A DNA stretch of 64,000 nt, taken from the NCBI GenBank assembly GCA_964594235.1, contig CAZQMF010000004.1, positions 9,718-73,717 of the forward strand, read 5' to 3'. Of this stretch, positions 1-9,078 are shown piece by piece. The notes under the pieces are model-generated. The model saw nothing but the letters and a program-made list of their open reading frames with translations, was not told the DNA's origin and did no database searches. This DNA comes from an uncultured Acidimicrobiia bacterium. Its GTDB lineage: Bacteria > Actinomycetota > Acidimicrobiia > Spongiisociales > UBA4744. The position numbers were made by a program, and so were the translations under genes. How positions within the stretch are numbered: the first letter of the stretch is position 1; each line of letters opens with the position of its first letter.

Positions 1-129
1 GGGCCCCGTTACGGGCGAGGTTCGTCGGGGTCATCGCCGCGCGGGCTCGTTCCACACGGCGCAGGACGCGGACCGTTCCCCAGGCGCCGGCGAGGACACC
101 GGCGACGAACCACCACAGTCTCACGATCA
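1..129 (-). CDS. hypothetical small membrane-anchored protein, N-terminal part only (runs off window start)
   Basis: ATG at 129-127, 10 nt after the rarA stop. Translation MIVRLWWFVAGVLAGAWGTVRVLRR has one hydrophobic helix. Third-position GC is about 85 percent. Absent from the ORF track because it is truncated. Confidence 0.4.
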
Positions 130-139
130 TGCGAGCAGG

Positions 140-1471
140 TTAGCGCTCCCTCTGATCCTCCCGCCTGGAGTTCCAGGCGTCGAGGCGCTCGGCGATCTCC
201 CGCTCGTCTCCCTGGGTTCCCGGCTCGAAGAACCGGTCACCCACCGATTCGTCCGGAAGATACTGCTGCACGACGAAGTGGCCCTCGAAGTTGTGGGGGT
301 ATCGGTATTCAGTCCCGTGACCGAGCTTCTCTGCTGCACGATACGAGGCATCCCTGAGATGCTCCGGCACCTCGGCACCCGCGGTCGCCTCGACCGCGGC
401 TTTCGCCTTTGCGATCGTGGCAGCGATGGTGTTCGACTTCGGAGACGTCGCGAGGTAGGTCGCCGCATGGGTCAGGGCGTAGCCCGCTTCGGGGAGACCG
501 ACGTAGGCGAGCGCCTGAGATGCCGCCACTGCGAGCGGGAGGGCGTGCCGGTCGGCCAGCCCGATGTCCTCTGAGGCAAAGATGATCATCCGTCGTGCGA
601 TGAACTCTGGATCCTCACCCGCCTCGAGCATCGTGTGCAGCCAGTAGGCGGCGGCGTCGGGGTCCGAGCCACGCATACTCTTGATGAACGCAGAGATGAC
701 GTCGTAGTGCCGGTCGCCGGACTTGTCGTAGCGCACGATGCGCCGTTGCAGCGCTTCGGCGACGTCTGCCTCGGTGATCGCGGTTCTCCCTGCTCCGATC
801 ACGAGACCGGCGGCGACTTCGAGCCCGTTCAGCGCAAGGCGAGCATCCCCACCAACCCGTTCCGCCAGCGCCCTGCGGGCGGAATCATCGATGGTGAGGC
901 CCTGTCTTCCGAGACCCCGTTCCGGGTCGGCCATCGCACGTTCGAGCAGTACCTCGAGGTCCTCGGGGTCGATGCGTTCCAGCCGGAACAGGCTCGCCCT
1001 CGAGATCAGTGGAGAGTTCACTTCGAAGAACGGATTCTCCGTCGTGGCCCCGATGAGGATGATCGTTCCGTCCTCTACTCCTGGAAGCAGCGCATCCTGC
1101 TGCGACTTCGAGAAGCGGTGGATCTCGTCGAGAAACAGCACGGTTCTGCGCTCTTCCTCGCCAAGCCGCCGTTCGGCCTCATCGAGAATCCGCCGCACGT
1201 CCTTGACACCAGCCGCCGTCGCGGACAGCTGCTCGAACCAGGCATCGCCCGAAGCGAGGCGAGCGAGGGTGGTCTTGCCCGTTCCGGGGGGACCCCAGAG
1301 GATCATCGACATGGGACGGCCCGACTCGACCAACCTACGGAAGGCAGCACCTTCCCCGACCAGGTGCCGCTGTCCAACGACCTCGCTCAGTACGGCCGGG
1401 CGCATGCGCGCTGCAAGCGGGGCCACCCTCGCTTTCACCTCCGCACGGCGGGCATCGAACAGATCTCCCAT
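140..1471 (-). CDS. rarA: replication-associated recombination protein A (AAA+ ATPase, RarA/MgsA)
   Basis: 443-aa ORF with Walker A GPPGTGKTT, Walker B LFLDEIHRF, and an MgsA-type C-terminal domain (HYDVISAFIKSMRGSD). Confidence 0.95.
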   Translation of the reverse strand: MGDLFDARRAEVKARVAPLAARMRPAVLSEVVGQRHLVGEGAAFRRLVESGRPMSMILWGPPGTGKTTLARLASGDAWFEQLSATAAGVKDVRRILDEAERRLGEEERRTVLFLDEIHRFSKSQQDALLPGVEDGTIILIGATTENPFFEVNSPLISRASLFRLERIDPEDLEVLLERAMADPERGLGRQGLTIDDSARRALAERVGGDARLALNGLEVAAGLVIGAGRTAITEADVAEALQRRIVRYDKSGDRHYDVISAFIKSMRGSDPDAAAYWLHTMLEAGEDPEFIARRMIIFASEDIGLADRHALPLAVAASQALAYVGLPEAGYALTHAATYLATSPKSNTIAATIAKAKAAVEATAGAEVPEHLRDASYRAAEKLGHGTEYRYPHNFEGHFVVQQYLPDESVGDRFFEPGTQGDEREIAERLDAWNSRREDQRER

Positions 1472-1472
1472 G

Positions 1473-3233
1473 TCAGCCCTCTGCCTTCACCTCCGGCCTG
1501 AGAGCGATACCCAGTTCCCGAAGCTGGTCGTCGTCCACCGGGGTCGGCGAACCGCTCATCGGATCCACTCCGGTCTGGGTTTTGGGAAATGGGATCACCT
1601 CCCGAATAGACCTCTCTCCTTGCAGGATCGCGAGGAGGCGGTCGATACCCACGGCGAACCCCGCGTGGGGCGGCGTACCAAACCGGAGTCCTTTCACGAA
1701 CCAGCCGAACCGTCGCTCGGCTTCCTCCTGCCCGATACCGAGGATGTCGAAGACCTGCTCTTGAACCACCGGATCGTGAATCCTGACGCTCCCCGATCCG
1801 AGCTCGGATCCGTTGAGGACGAGGTCGTACGACCTCGAGATCGCCGTTTCGGGTGAGGTGCGCATCTCGTTCACGTCGACGGGAGCGGTGAACGGGTGGT
1901 GGGCCGGAGACAGGCTTCCATCGTCGTTGACGTCGAAGACAGGAAAGTCGATGACCCAGAGGAACGCGAGTGCCTCGTGATCTCTCGGCTGCCCCAGCTC
2001 GAGACGGAGTTGCCCGAGCACCACGCTCGCCTTCTTGGAGTCGTCGGCGACGAGCAGTATCAGATCGCCGGGATGTGCATCGAACGCCTGGACGATGTGT
2101 GTCTGCTCCTCATCGGACAGGAACTTGGCGACCGCCGAGCGGAGCCCCGTCTCTTCAACTGCGAGCGAGATGAGACCTTTCGCTCCCAACTCACGAGCCC
2201 GGTCGGTGAGCGCGTCGAGGGCGGATCGGGACAGGCCGACGTTGCCCGAGTTGATGCCCTTGACAGCGCCCCCTGCAGCGACCGTCGATGCAAACACACC
2301 GAAGGCCGAGTCCGCGACGAGGTCGCTGATGTCGTGGATCTCCATACCGAAGCGAAGGTCGGGCTTGTCGGTCCCGTAGCGTTCCATGACGTCGGCGTAG
2401 GTGAACCGCCGGAAAGGAGTCTGCACGGGGACGCCCCTCACTCGTTCGACGACGGCGCCGATGACGGCCTCGAGCGTTTGAAACACACCTTCTCTGCCCC
2501 AGAAGGCGCCTTCGAGGTCGAGCTGTATGAACTCCAGCTGACGGTCGCTTCTGAAGTCCTCGTCGCGGTAGCACCGGGCAATCTGGTAGTACCGGTCAAC
2601 CCCGGAGACCATGAGGAGCTGCTTGAACAGCTGAGGCGACTGCGGCAGTGCATAGAAGGATCCCTTGCGAAGACGTGACGGAACCAGCACGTCTCGTGCG
2701 CCTTCAGGTGTCGATCGGATCAGCGTGGGAGTGTCCACGTCCATGAATCCCAACCCATCGAGCACCTCCCTCATCGCCCGAAAGGCCGCCGATCGAGCCC
2801 GGAGGTTCGCCGCCATGCGAGGCGAGCGCAGATCCAGGTACCGGTACTCCAGTCGGGTTCGCTCATCGACGTCCACTCGATCGTCGAGCATGAACGGCAG
2901 CGTCTCGGCAGCAGACAGCACAGTCAGCTCGTCGACTGCCACCTCGACCATCCCCGTGACCATGTCCGGGTTCTCGGTTCCGTCAGGGCGCGCCCGCACA
3001 ACACCTCTCAGCGAAACAACGTACTCGAGCTTCAGACTCCTGGCGTCAGGGATGCTCGCAGGGTCGATGACCGCCTGTACGATGCCCGACGCGTCCCGAA
3101 GGTCGATGAAGATGATGGCGCCGTGGTCGCGGCGGCGACCCACCCACCCGGCGATCCGGACGGTATCCCCGACGCGCTGTTCCGTCACGTGCCCCGCGTA
3201 CGTGTCCCGATATTCCACGTCTACCTGAGCCAT
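1473..3233 (-). CDS. aspS: aspartate--tRNA ligase
   Basis: ORF 1473-3311. AspRS homology begins at MAQVDVEYRDTYAG. ATG 3233 is preceded by GAGGAGG. Class II motifs include FRDED-like CYRDEDFR and GFAVGIDRL. Overlaps the hisS stop. Confidence 0.95.
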   Translation of the reverse strand: MAQVDVEYRDTYAGHVTEQRVGDTVRIAGWVGRRRDHGAIIFIDLRDASGIVQAVIDPASIPDARSLKLEYVVSLRGVVRARPDGTENPDMVTGMVEVAVDELTVLSAAETLPFMLDDRVDVDERTRLEYRYLDLRSPRMAANLRARSAAFRAMREVLDGLGFMDVDTPTLIRSTPEGARDVLVPSRLRKGSFYALPQSPQLFKQLLMVSGVDRYYQIARCYRDEDFRSDRQLEFIQLDLEGAFWGREGVFQTLEAVIGAVVERVRGVPVQTPFRRFTYADVMERYGTDKPDLRFGMEIHDISDLVADSAFGVFASTVAAGGAVKGINSGNVGLSRSALDALTDRARELGAKGLISLAVEETGLRSAVAKFLSDEEQTHIVQAFDAHPGDLILLVADDSKKASVVLGQLRLELGQPRDHEALAFLWVIDFPVFDVNDDGSLSPAHHPFTAPVDVNEMRTSPETAISRSYDLVLNGSELGSGSVRIHDPVVQEQVFDILGIGQEEAERRFGWFVKGLRFGTPPHAGFAVGIDRLLAILQGERSIREVIPFPKTQTGVDPMSGSPTPVDDDQLRELGIALRPEVKAEG

Positions 3234-4444
3234 TCCGAAACCTCCTCGACGGGCACCTCGCGTTGGTCTCCCGTCGCCATATCTCTCACAGTCACCGTGC
3301 CACGGTGCCACTCGTCCCCGATCACGAGAACCTTCGATGCTCCCCGGCGAGAAGCGATCTTGAACTGGGCTTTGACAGAGCGCCCGTCCACGTCATCGTC
3401 GACCCGGAACCCTTCGGCGCGCAAATCGGAGGCCAGTCGGGTCGCCTCCGCCCGCATCTGTTCGTCGGCCACCACGACAAAGGCGTCGAGTGCCCCGCCT
3501 TCGACGAGCTCACCTCGGGCCAGCACGATCCGATCGAGTCCCAGTGCGAGGCCGACGCCAGGAATGGGGGGACCTCCGATCGACTCAGACAGGCCGTCGT
3601 ACCTTCCACCACCTCCGACCGCGTTCTGTGCTGCGTCGAGGTCGGTGGCGATGTACTCGAAGGCCGTTCTCGTGTAGTAGTCGAGACCGCGCACCAGGTG
3701 CGGATCCTCTTCGAAGGGAACACCTACCACCCCGAGTGTCTCCTTCACGGTGCGATAGTGGGCGGTGCACGCGTCGCACAGGTGATCGACGGGCGTCGGG
3801 GCGTCACCGAGGATGGGTCTGCAGATCTTGCAGTCGAGGACCCTCAATGGGTTGCTGTCGATGCGTTGCTTGCTGTCCTCGCACAGCTGGTCCTCTCGGG
3901 CCCTCAGGTACACCCTCAGTAGTTCCTGGTACGCGGGCCGGCAGACGGGGTCGCCGATCGAGTTGACGGTTACCGTCACATCATCGAGGCCCACCTCCCA
4001 CAGATAGCGGTAGCCGAGTTCGATGACCTCCGCATCGGCGAGTGGCGAATCGCTTCCAAGGTATTCGACGTCGAGTTGGTAGAACTGCCGTCTCCTGCCC
4101 GCCTGGGGGCGCTCGTAACGAAACATCGGCCCCCAACTCGCTACCTTGCGCACGCCCGACCCACCTGCTTGTTGGTGTGCCCGCATGACCGAAGGTGTCG
4201 CTTCGGGTCGGAGGGTCAGTGATCGCCCCCCTTTGTCGGAGAAGGTGTACATCTGCTTCTGCACGATCTCGGTGTCTTCCCCCGAACCTCTCGAGAAGAG
4301 ATCGGTGGCCTCGAAGAGCGGAGTGATGATGAGGTCGTAGCCGAACCGCTCGGTGATCTGATCCCAGATGCGCAGCATCCGCCGCCACGTTCTCGACGCG
4401 GGTGCGAGGATGTCGTCTGTGCCTTTGGGTGCGCGGATGGTCAT
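3221..4444 (-). CDS. hisS: histidine--tRNA ligase
   Basis: 407 aa. HisRS motifs FRYERPQAGRRRQFYQ and GGGRYDGL, plus a C-terminal anticodon-binding domain. Confidence 0.95.
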   Translation of the reverse strand: MTIRAPKGTDDILAPASRTWRRMLRIWDQITERFGYDLIITPLFEATDLFSRGSGEDTEIVQKQMYTFSDKGGRSLTLRPEATPSVMRAHQQAGGSGVRKVASWGPMFRYERPQAGRRRQFYQLDVEYLGSDSPLADAEVIELGYRYLWEVGLDDVTVTVNSIGDPVCRPAYQELLRVYLRAREDQLCEDSKQRIDSNPLRVLDCKICRPILGDAPTPVDHLCDACTAHYRTVKETLGVVGVPFEEDPHLVRGLDYYTRTAFEYIATDLDAAQNAVGGGGRYDGLSESIGGPPIPGVGLALGLDRIVLARGELVEGGALDAFVVVADEQMRAEATRLASDLRAEGFRVDDDVDGRSVKAQFKIASRRGASKVLVIGDEWHRGTVTVRDMATGDQREVPVEEVSEWLR

Positions 4445-5076
4445 CGAAGATCTCGGAGGAACGGGTTGCTGCGGCGTTCGGCCCGCATCGTAGTCGTGGG
4501 TCCGTGCCCCGGATACACGGCCGTCTCGTCCGGCAGCGGCAGGATCTTCGAGCGCATACTCTCGAGCAGCTCCGGGAGGTCGCCACCTGGCAGGTCCGTG
4601 CGCCCTATCGAGCCCGCGAAGAGATGATCGCCGGAGAACAGGCGTCCCTCGACGAGAAAACAGCAGTGTCCCGGCGTGTGACCGGGTGTGTGGATGACCT
4701 CGATGTCGAGACCCCCGAGGAGCAGGCGCGTTCCGCCAACCAGCCGCTCAACCCGCTCCAAGAGCCGTGGCTGTTCATAGGTGCCCAACAACGCTGCGAG
4801 TTGTGTCGCCGGGTCGAATGTGAGGAAGTCGTCGTCAGGATGGACGTAGGCAGCGATCCCTGCCTGCTCGCACACATCCGGTGCGCCGCCGCTGTGGTCC
4901 ACATGTCCGTGGGTGAGAAGGAGCGCCGCGGGAGCGAGCCCGTGTCGCTCGACGAGTGCAAGCACGGCATCGGGATCGGGGGGTGCGTCAACGATGACAC
5001 ACGGTCCACCCGGTTCACGCGCGACCACATAGGTGTTCGTTGCGGCCAACCAGAGTGTGTCGGAGGCAATCAGCAT
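4441..5076 (-). CDS. MBL-fold metallo-hydrolase (glyoxalase-II-like)
   Basis: THGHVDHSGG (HxHxDH motif) and a later HTPGHTPGH. 4-nt overlap with the hisS start. Same position as the glyoxalase-II-like gene next to hisS in mycobacteria. Confidence 0.85.
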   Translation of the reverse strand: MLIASDTLWLAATNTYVVAREPGGPCVIVDAPPDPDAVLALVERHGLAPAALLLTHGHVDHSGGAPDVCEQAGIAAYVHPDDDFLTFDPATQLAALLGTYEQPRLLERVERLVGGTRLLLGGLDIEVIHTPGHTPGHCCFLVEGRLFSGDHLFAGSIGRTDLPGGDLPELLESMRSKILPLPDETAVYPGHGPTTTMRAERRSNPFLRDLR

Positions 5077-5109
5077 CCTCGGTAGGGTACAGGGACGCCG
5101 GAGATCGTT

Positions 5110-6543
5110 CTACGGAGTGCACCCCGGTGCATCCGCGGGTACCTCGCGCCAGATACGCGGTTGAGGGATGAACTGGTCGGCTGCGGCGGGATCGAACGAG
5201 AACACGCCCTGGATCGAGTCGTTCATCGGCCGGAAGTGCACATAGGACCGCTGACCCTGGTTGCCGCCCTCCCCGTAGATGGTCCCGTAGACCACCGAGT
5301 TGTTTTCCGTCGCTACGGTTCCCGCCGAGTACCCGAGGAAGTGGATGTCTTCGGTGCCGGTCATCGTGAACCCCTGGGCGAGAGACAGCGAGTTGACGGA
5401 CCCGGCCACCACCACGGCCACCGACACGGGCGTGTCGGTGGAGTCGGTGGTGACGTTCAGCCACTTGGTGATGTCGGCGTCCCCATCGGGAACGTAGATG
5501 ATGACGTCGCCGTGGAATTCGGTCTTGCTGAAATCGATCGAGACGTCGCCGTCTGGCATCCGGTAGCTCGTGGTCTGACCGGCGTATCCCAGCTCGGACG
5601 GGTTCCAATCGCTATCCGGCACCGCCTCTTTGTGTGGGGAAGCGCTCCACTCGAACGTCGGCAACAGCAGGGGAGCCACCGGCGTCCAGTCCACTCCTGT
5701 GAGCACTTCGTTGACACTGCCGAGGTCGCCTCCGGGCGGGGAGGGGTCGCGCATGTTCAGGCTGCCGACGATCGTCGGCTCCTTCAGATAGCTCGAAGAT
5801 CCTCCGATCGAGACGTCCGACTGGTAGAGGGTGTTCTTCTTGTCGTCGGTGATGTCCCCGTTCACCCTCACCGGGCCCGAGAAGCTACTCGCCGCGTTCG
5901 AGCTGATGGTCATGTCACCGACCACGCTGACGGCTCCTGTTCCGGGCCAGGGGATGTCGTTTGGGAGAACGGTCGTGGAGTTGTCGACTGCGAAATCGGC
6001 GGCACTGTACACGTCACCCCAGATCTTCTTGTTGTTGCCACCTGTGTACCCGGCAGTTCCGGTGAACACTGCGAAGTCGAACCCACCTCCGTAGGGACGA
6101 AGTTCGATCTCGAAATCGATCTTCTTCTGTGAAGAGAGACTCACGTCGTGTCTCGGAGCCCACCCCCAGGCCTCGATCCGGTAGCGCAGGTCGAACCCGG
6201 GGGTCTTGGTCGCTCTGACCCAGTACTCCCCAAGGCGATCCGATGCCGTGCCGGAGGAGTCCAGCTCCGTGTAGACGCACGCGCTCCCTTCGGGACTCGT
6301 CGAGTAGACAGCACCAGAGGTTTCCAGCGAGTCGCGAATCGTCGCGTCGTTGGCGAGCAGGTACATCATCTCTCGTGCGCCGGCCTCTGCGGCGTTGATT
6401 GCGGCCGTCGACACGCGATCCTGCGTCGCTTGATTGAGTTCGTGCGTACTGATCCCGTACCAGAGGGCGGCAAGGATGAACACGACGAACGAGATCATCA
6501 GAGCCGTGATCAGCCCGAATCCGTCCTCACGTTCGAATCTCAT
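5110..6543 (-). CDS. PilX/GspK-like minor pseudopilin with large unassigned C-terminal domain
   Basis: N-terminus MRFEREDG/FGLITALMISFVVFILAALWYG is a prepilin-like leader plus hydrophobic helix lacking Glu at +5. Start overlaps the upstream stop (TGATG at 6541-6545). Confidence 0.6.
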   Translation of the reverse strand: MRFEREDGFGLITALMISFVVFILAALWYGISTHELNQATQDRVSTAAINAAEAGAREMMYLLANDATIRDSLETSGAVYSTSPEGSACVYTELDSSGTASDRLGEYWVRATKTPGFDLRYRIEAWGWAPRHDVSLSSQKKIDFEIELRPYGGGFDFAVFTGTAGYTGGNNKKIWGDVYSAADFAVDNSTTVLPNDIPWPGTGAVSVVGDMTISSNAASSFSGPVRVNGDITDDKKNTLYQSDVSIGGSSSYLKEPTIVGSLNMRDPSPPGGDLGSVNEVLTGVDWTPVAPLLLPTFEWSASPHKEAVPDSDWNPSELGYAGQTTSYRMPDGDVSIDFSKTEFHGDVIIYVPDGDADITKWLNVTTDSTDTPVSVAVVVAGSVNSLSLAQGFTMTGTEDIHFLGYSAGTVATENNSVVYGTIYGEGGNQGQRSYVHFRPMNDSIQGVFSFDPAAADQFIPQPRIWREVPADAPGCTP

Positions 6544-7094
6544 CAGCAGCTGCCTCCCGGGCTGGGTGTCCAGATGTTCCTCCCCGACACCTCGGTTTCG
6601 GCGAGGCGGGGACCGATCCGGTCAGTCGGATCGGCGTCCGACCAGATGCTGATGGTCACGACCTTGCCCTCACTCGGAGTTCCGCCGGTCGACCCTTGCG
6701 TCTGAAAGAGCGGCTGAGACGACGCGTTGACAACGTCGTCGATCACGGTTCGCCACGTCGAGCCTCCGTCATCCGAGCGCTGGAGTGCCCCATCCACCAG
6801 CGTGTACACGATGTGTTGCTGGGTCTTCTCGGATCCGACATATGCCCTGGTGTCGAAGTCCAGGGTGTTGGACGTGTTGCATGGCAGTGGTTCATAGATC
6901 TGGTCCGCCGACCGGAGCTCGCGCGTGATCTGCTTGAGGACGAGTCGCGAGCTGTCGTTGGACGCTGCGTTGCCCTGGAAGTCCTTCGTCACAGTGAAGC
7001 TCGTTGACAACGCAGTCCCAAACACCGCAGCCGCTATCAGCATCAGCGCCATGGCGATCAGCAGTTCAACGATGCTGATCCCTCGCTCGTTCAT
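6543..7094 (-). CDS. prepilin-type N-terminal cleavage/methylation domain protein (PilW/GspJ-like)
   Basis: MNERG/ISIVELLIAMALMLIAAAVFG has the canonical G-[FI]-[ST]-x-x-E class III signal. 183 aa. Confidence 0.7.
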   Translation of the reverse strand: MNERGISIVELLIAMALMLIAAAVFGTALSTSFTVTKDFQGNAASNDSSRLVLKQITRELRSADQIYEPLPCNTSNTLDFDTRAYVGSEKTQQHIVYTLVDGALQRSDDGGSTWRTVIDDVVNASSQPLFQTQGSTGGTPSEGKVVTISIWSDADPTDRIGPRLAETEVSGRNIWTPSPGGSC

Positions 7095-8998
7095 GACAGC
7101 TCCGGATTGATATAGACGGCGGTGGCTTGCACGCCGCCGGCTGAGAATGTCAACGTCAGGTCATACAGCACCGACTTCACCTCACTACCCGGCGTCGTCT
7201 CACCAAACTCAGCGGCAGCAATCTTGTCGACGACCCGGTAGCTGATCGAGCCAATCACGATGCTCTTCGCGGACACGGTGTTCGAGCGAACTTCACCGCT
7301 GGTGTACTGCTGGGTCGATCCGACACACATTCCGTTGACGGTGACGTTTCCCTTCACCGTGTAGTCGAGCTGTGGCAGCCCAACCGTCGACGTCGTGAAG
7401 TCCTCGTCGATGACGAGCGGCTCGGAATCGCAGTTGGCGATACTCTCGTAGTCTTCGAAGATCCGTGTGTAGGAGTTTCCGTCCCACACGTCGATCGTCA
7501 CATCCCCAGTCTTCACGTCAATACCCGGGGTGAGCGCCGCATAGTACTCGCCTGCCTCGAGCGGCGCGACCGAACCCTCGTTGGAGATCCCGGGCAGTCC
7601 GACCACCACCCAACCTCTGAATTTTGGTGTGAGGCTGCCGATCACGTTGTCATCGAGGAGGTCGACCTCCTCACCTTTCCAGTCGAACTGGGCGGTCGCC
7701 TTGCGCAGACCGGTCGCTGAGACATCCTGACGGTCGACCTGGCCGCTCATCAGCATCGCTGACGCCTGGTCATGGTCTCCGTACCGGTAGAACGTGAACT
7801 CGTAGGCCGTTGTGCCGAGAGGCGAAGCTTGGTCGATGTAGGCCTGTGCCGGATCCCCCGCCCAGTCTTCGACACGAGTCATCGCGGTCCTCCCGGCCCC
7901 TTCGACCTCCATCGAGGCATGGGGCAGGTCATCGGTACTGTCGAGCGCGGCGGCCCCGCCCGGAGTGAGAATCCTCGTGTGGTTCTTCAGCGTGGCACCA
8001 CCCGACGACTCGGCAATGGTGACGCCGTCCTCAGTCGTGTTGAGCTGAGTCAGATCGATCTGAGCACTGATCGGATAGTTGACAGGAGCCGAAGACGTAC
8101 CGTCATCGTCGGCCAGCAGATCGGTCACTTGAGGATCAAGCGTGGCAAGCCGCACATCGTCGGTGCTGCTCGACCCGAGGACCCCATCGGGTCCCGCCCC
8201 GGTCCAGTAGCCAGATGTTCCTTCGAGCCGCGCCTCACCGACCGACACGTAGTCCGAGGTTGCGGTCAGCCGCACGGAGGGCATCGACAGAAGGATCGAC
8301 TCGTCTTGCGTAGTGTTGTAGTCCATGCCCCAGCCTCCGATGCCTGTGATACGGCCCTGGATCTGACCGAAACCTCCGTCGAGGTTCACCTCTGCCGAGA
8401 TGAACGGCTGTGACGGTTCCGTGAAGGGGCTCACATAGGAGCTGAGACGGACTTCTCTGCGATATCCGCTGGGTGCGTTCCAGCGCACCACTGCGGTGAT
8501 GCGCCGGTACTTCTCCGTCGCGGGGTCGCTGTTGTCGGTGCGAACCGACGTGATGAACAGATACCGGTCGAAGACCGTCTTGTCCCTGACCACCTGCTGA
8601 TGAAACGACAGGAAAGGATCAAACGTGCTTCCCGTGGCGAACACTACGGGTTCACCGCCAAACTCGTACCCGCCGCTGATGGCGGTGATTTCGGATGGGA
8701 AGTCGGCGGTGAACGAAGAACAGCCGACACCCTGTGGCGGGTCGGCAGGACTAGAAGGTTCCGTGCAGTTCGCGCTGTTCGCGTCGACGGTCAAGCCCAT
8801 GTTCGACCACTCCAACGACCGTGCGCGTTCCATCAGCTCGGATGCGAACGCGGAGCCCGCAGACTGGCGCTTGGTCTCGGACAGCACTCTCGAACCCGAG
8901 TCGATGCTTCGCAACATGACAAGCACGGCCCCAAAAATGATGACCAGTGCAACGATCGCCTCGGTGATCGTGAATCCATCTTCGCGCGAAAGCCGCAT
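7091..8998 (-). CDS. prepilin-type N-terminal domain protein (PilV-like), 635 aa with unassigned C-terminal region
   Basis: The ORF track starts at TTG 9025. ATG 8998 gives MRLSREDG/FTITEAIVALVIIFGAVLV, a typical short prepilin leader. GGAG lies 14 nt upstream. Confidence 0.65.
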   Translation of the reverse strand: MRLSREDGFTITEAIVALVIIFGAVLVMLRSIDSGSRVLSETKRQSAGSAFASELMERARSLEWSNMGLTVDANSANCTEPSSPADPPQGVGCSSFTADFPSEITAISGGYEFGGEPVVFATGSTFDPFLSFHQQVVRDKTVFDRYLFITSVRTDNSDPATEKYRRITAVVRWNAPSGYRREVRLSSYVSPFTEPSQPFISAEVNLDGGFGQIQGRITGIGGWGMDYNTTQDESILLSMPSVRLTATSDYVSVGEARLEGTSGYWTGAGPDGVLGSSSTDDVRLATLDPQVTDLLADDDGTSSAPVNYPISAQIDLTQLNTTEDGVTIAESSGGATLKNHTRILTPGGAAALDSTDDLPHASMEVEGAGRTAMTRVEDWAGDPAQAYIDQASPLGTTAYEFTFYRYGDHDQASAMLMSGQVDRQDVSATGLRKATAQFDWKGEEVDLLDDNVIGSLTPKFRGWVVVGLPGISNEGSVAPLEAGEYYAALTPGIDVKTGDVTIDVWDGNSYTRIFEDYESIANCDSEPLVIDEDFTTSTVGLPQLDYTVKGNVTVNGMCVGSTQQYTSGEVRSNTVSAKSIVIGSISYRVVDKIAAAEFGETTPGSEVKSVLYDLTLTFSAGGVQATAVYINPELS

Positions 8999-9078
8999 GC
9001 CATAGCTATCGGCTCCGACAGCCAAACCACTTAGCCATAAAGTGAGGTGGTCTCGATGGCTCCCGAAGTGTCTAGTCC

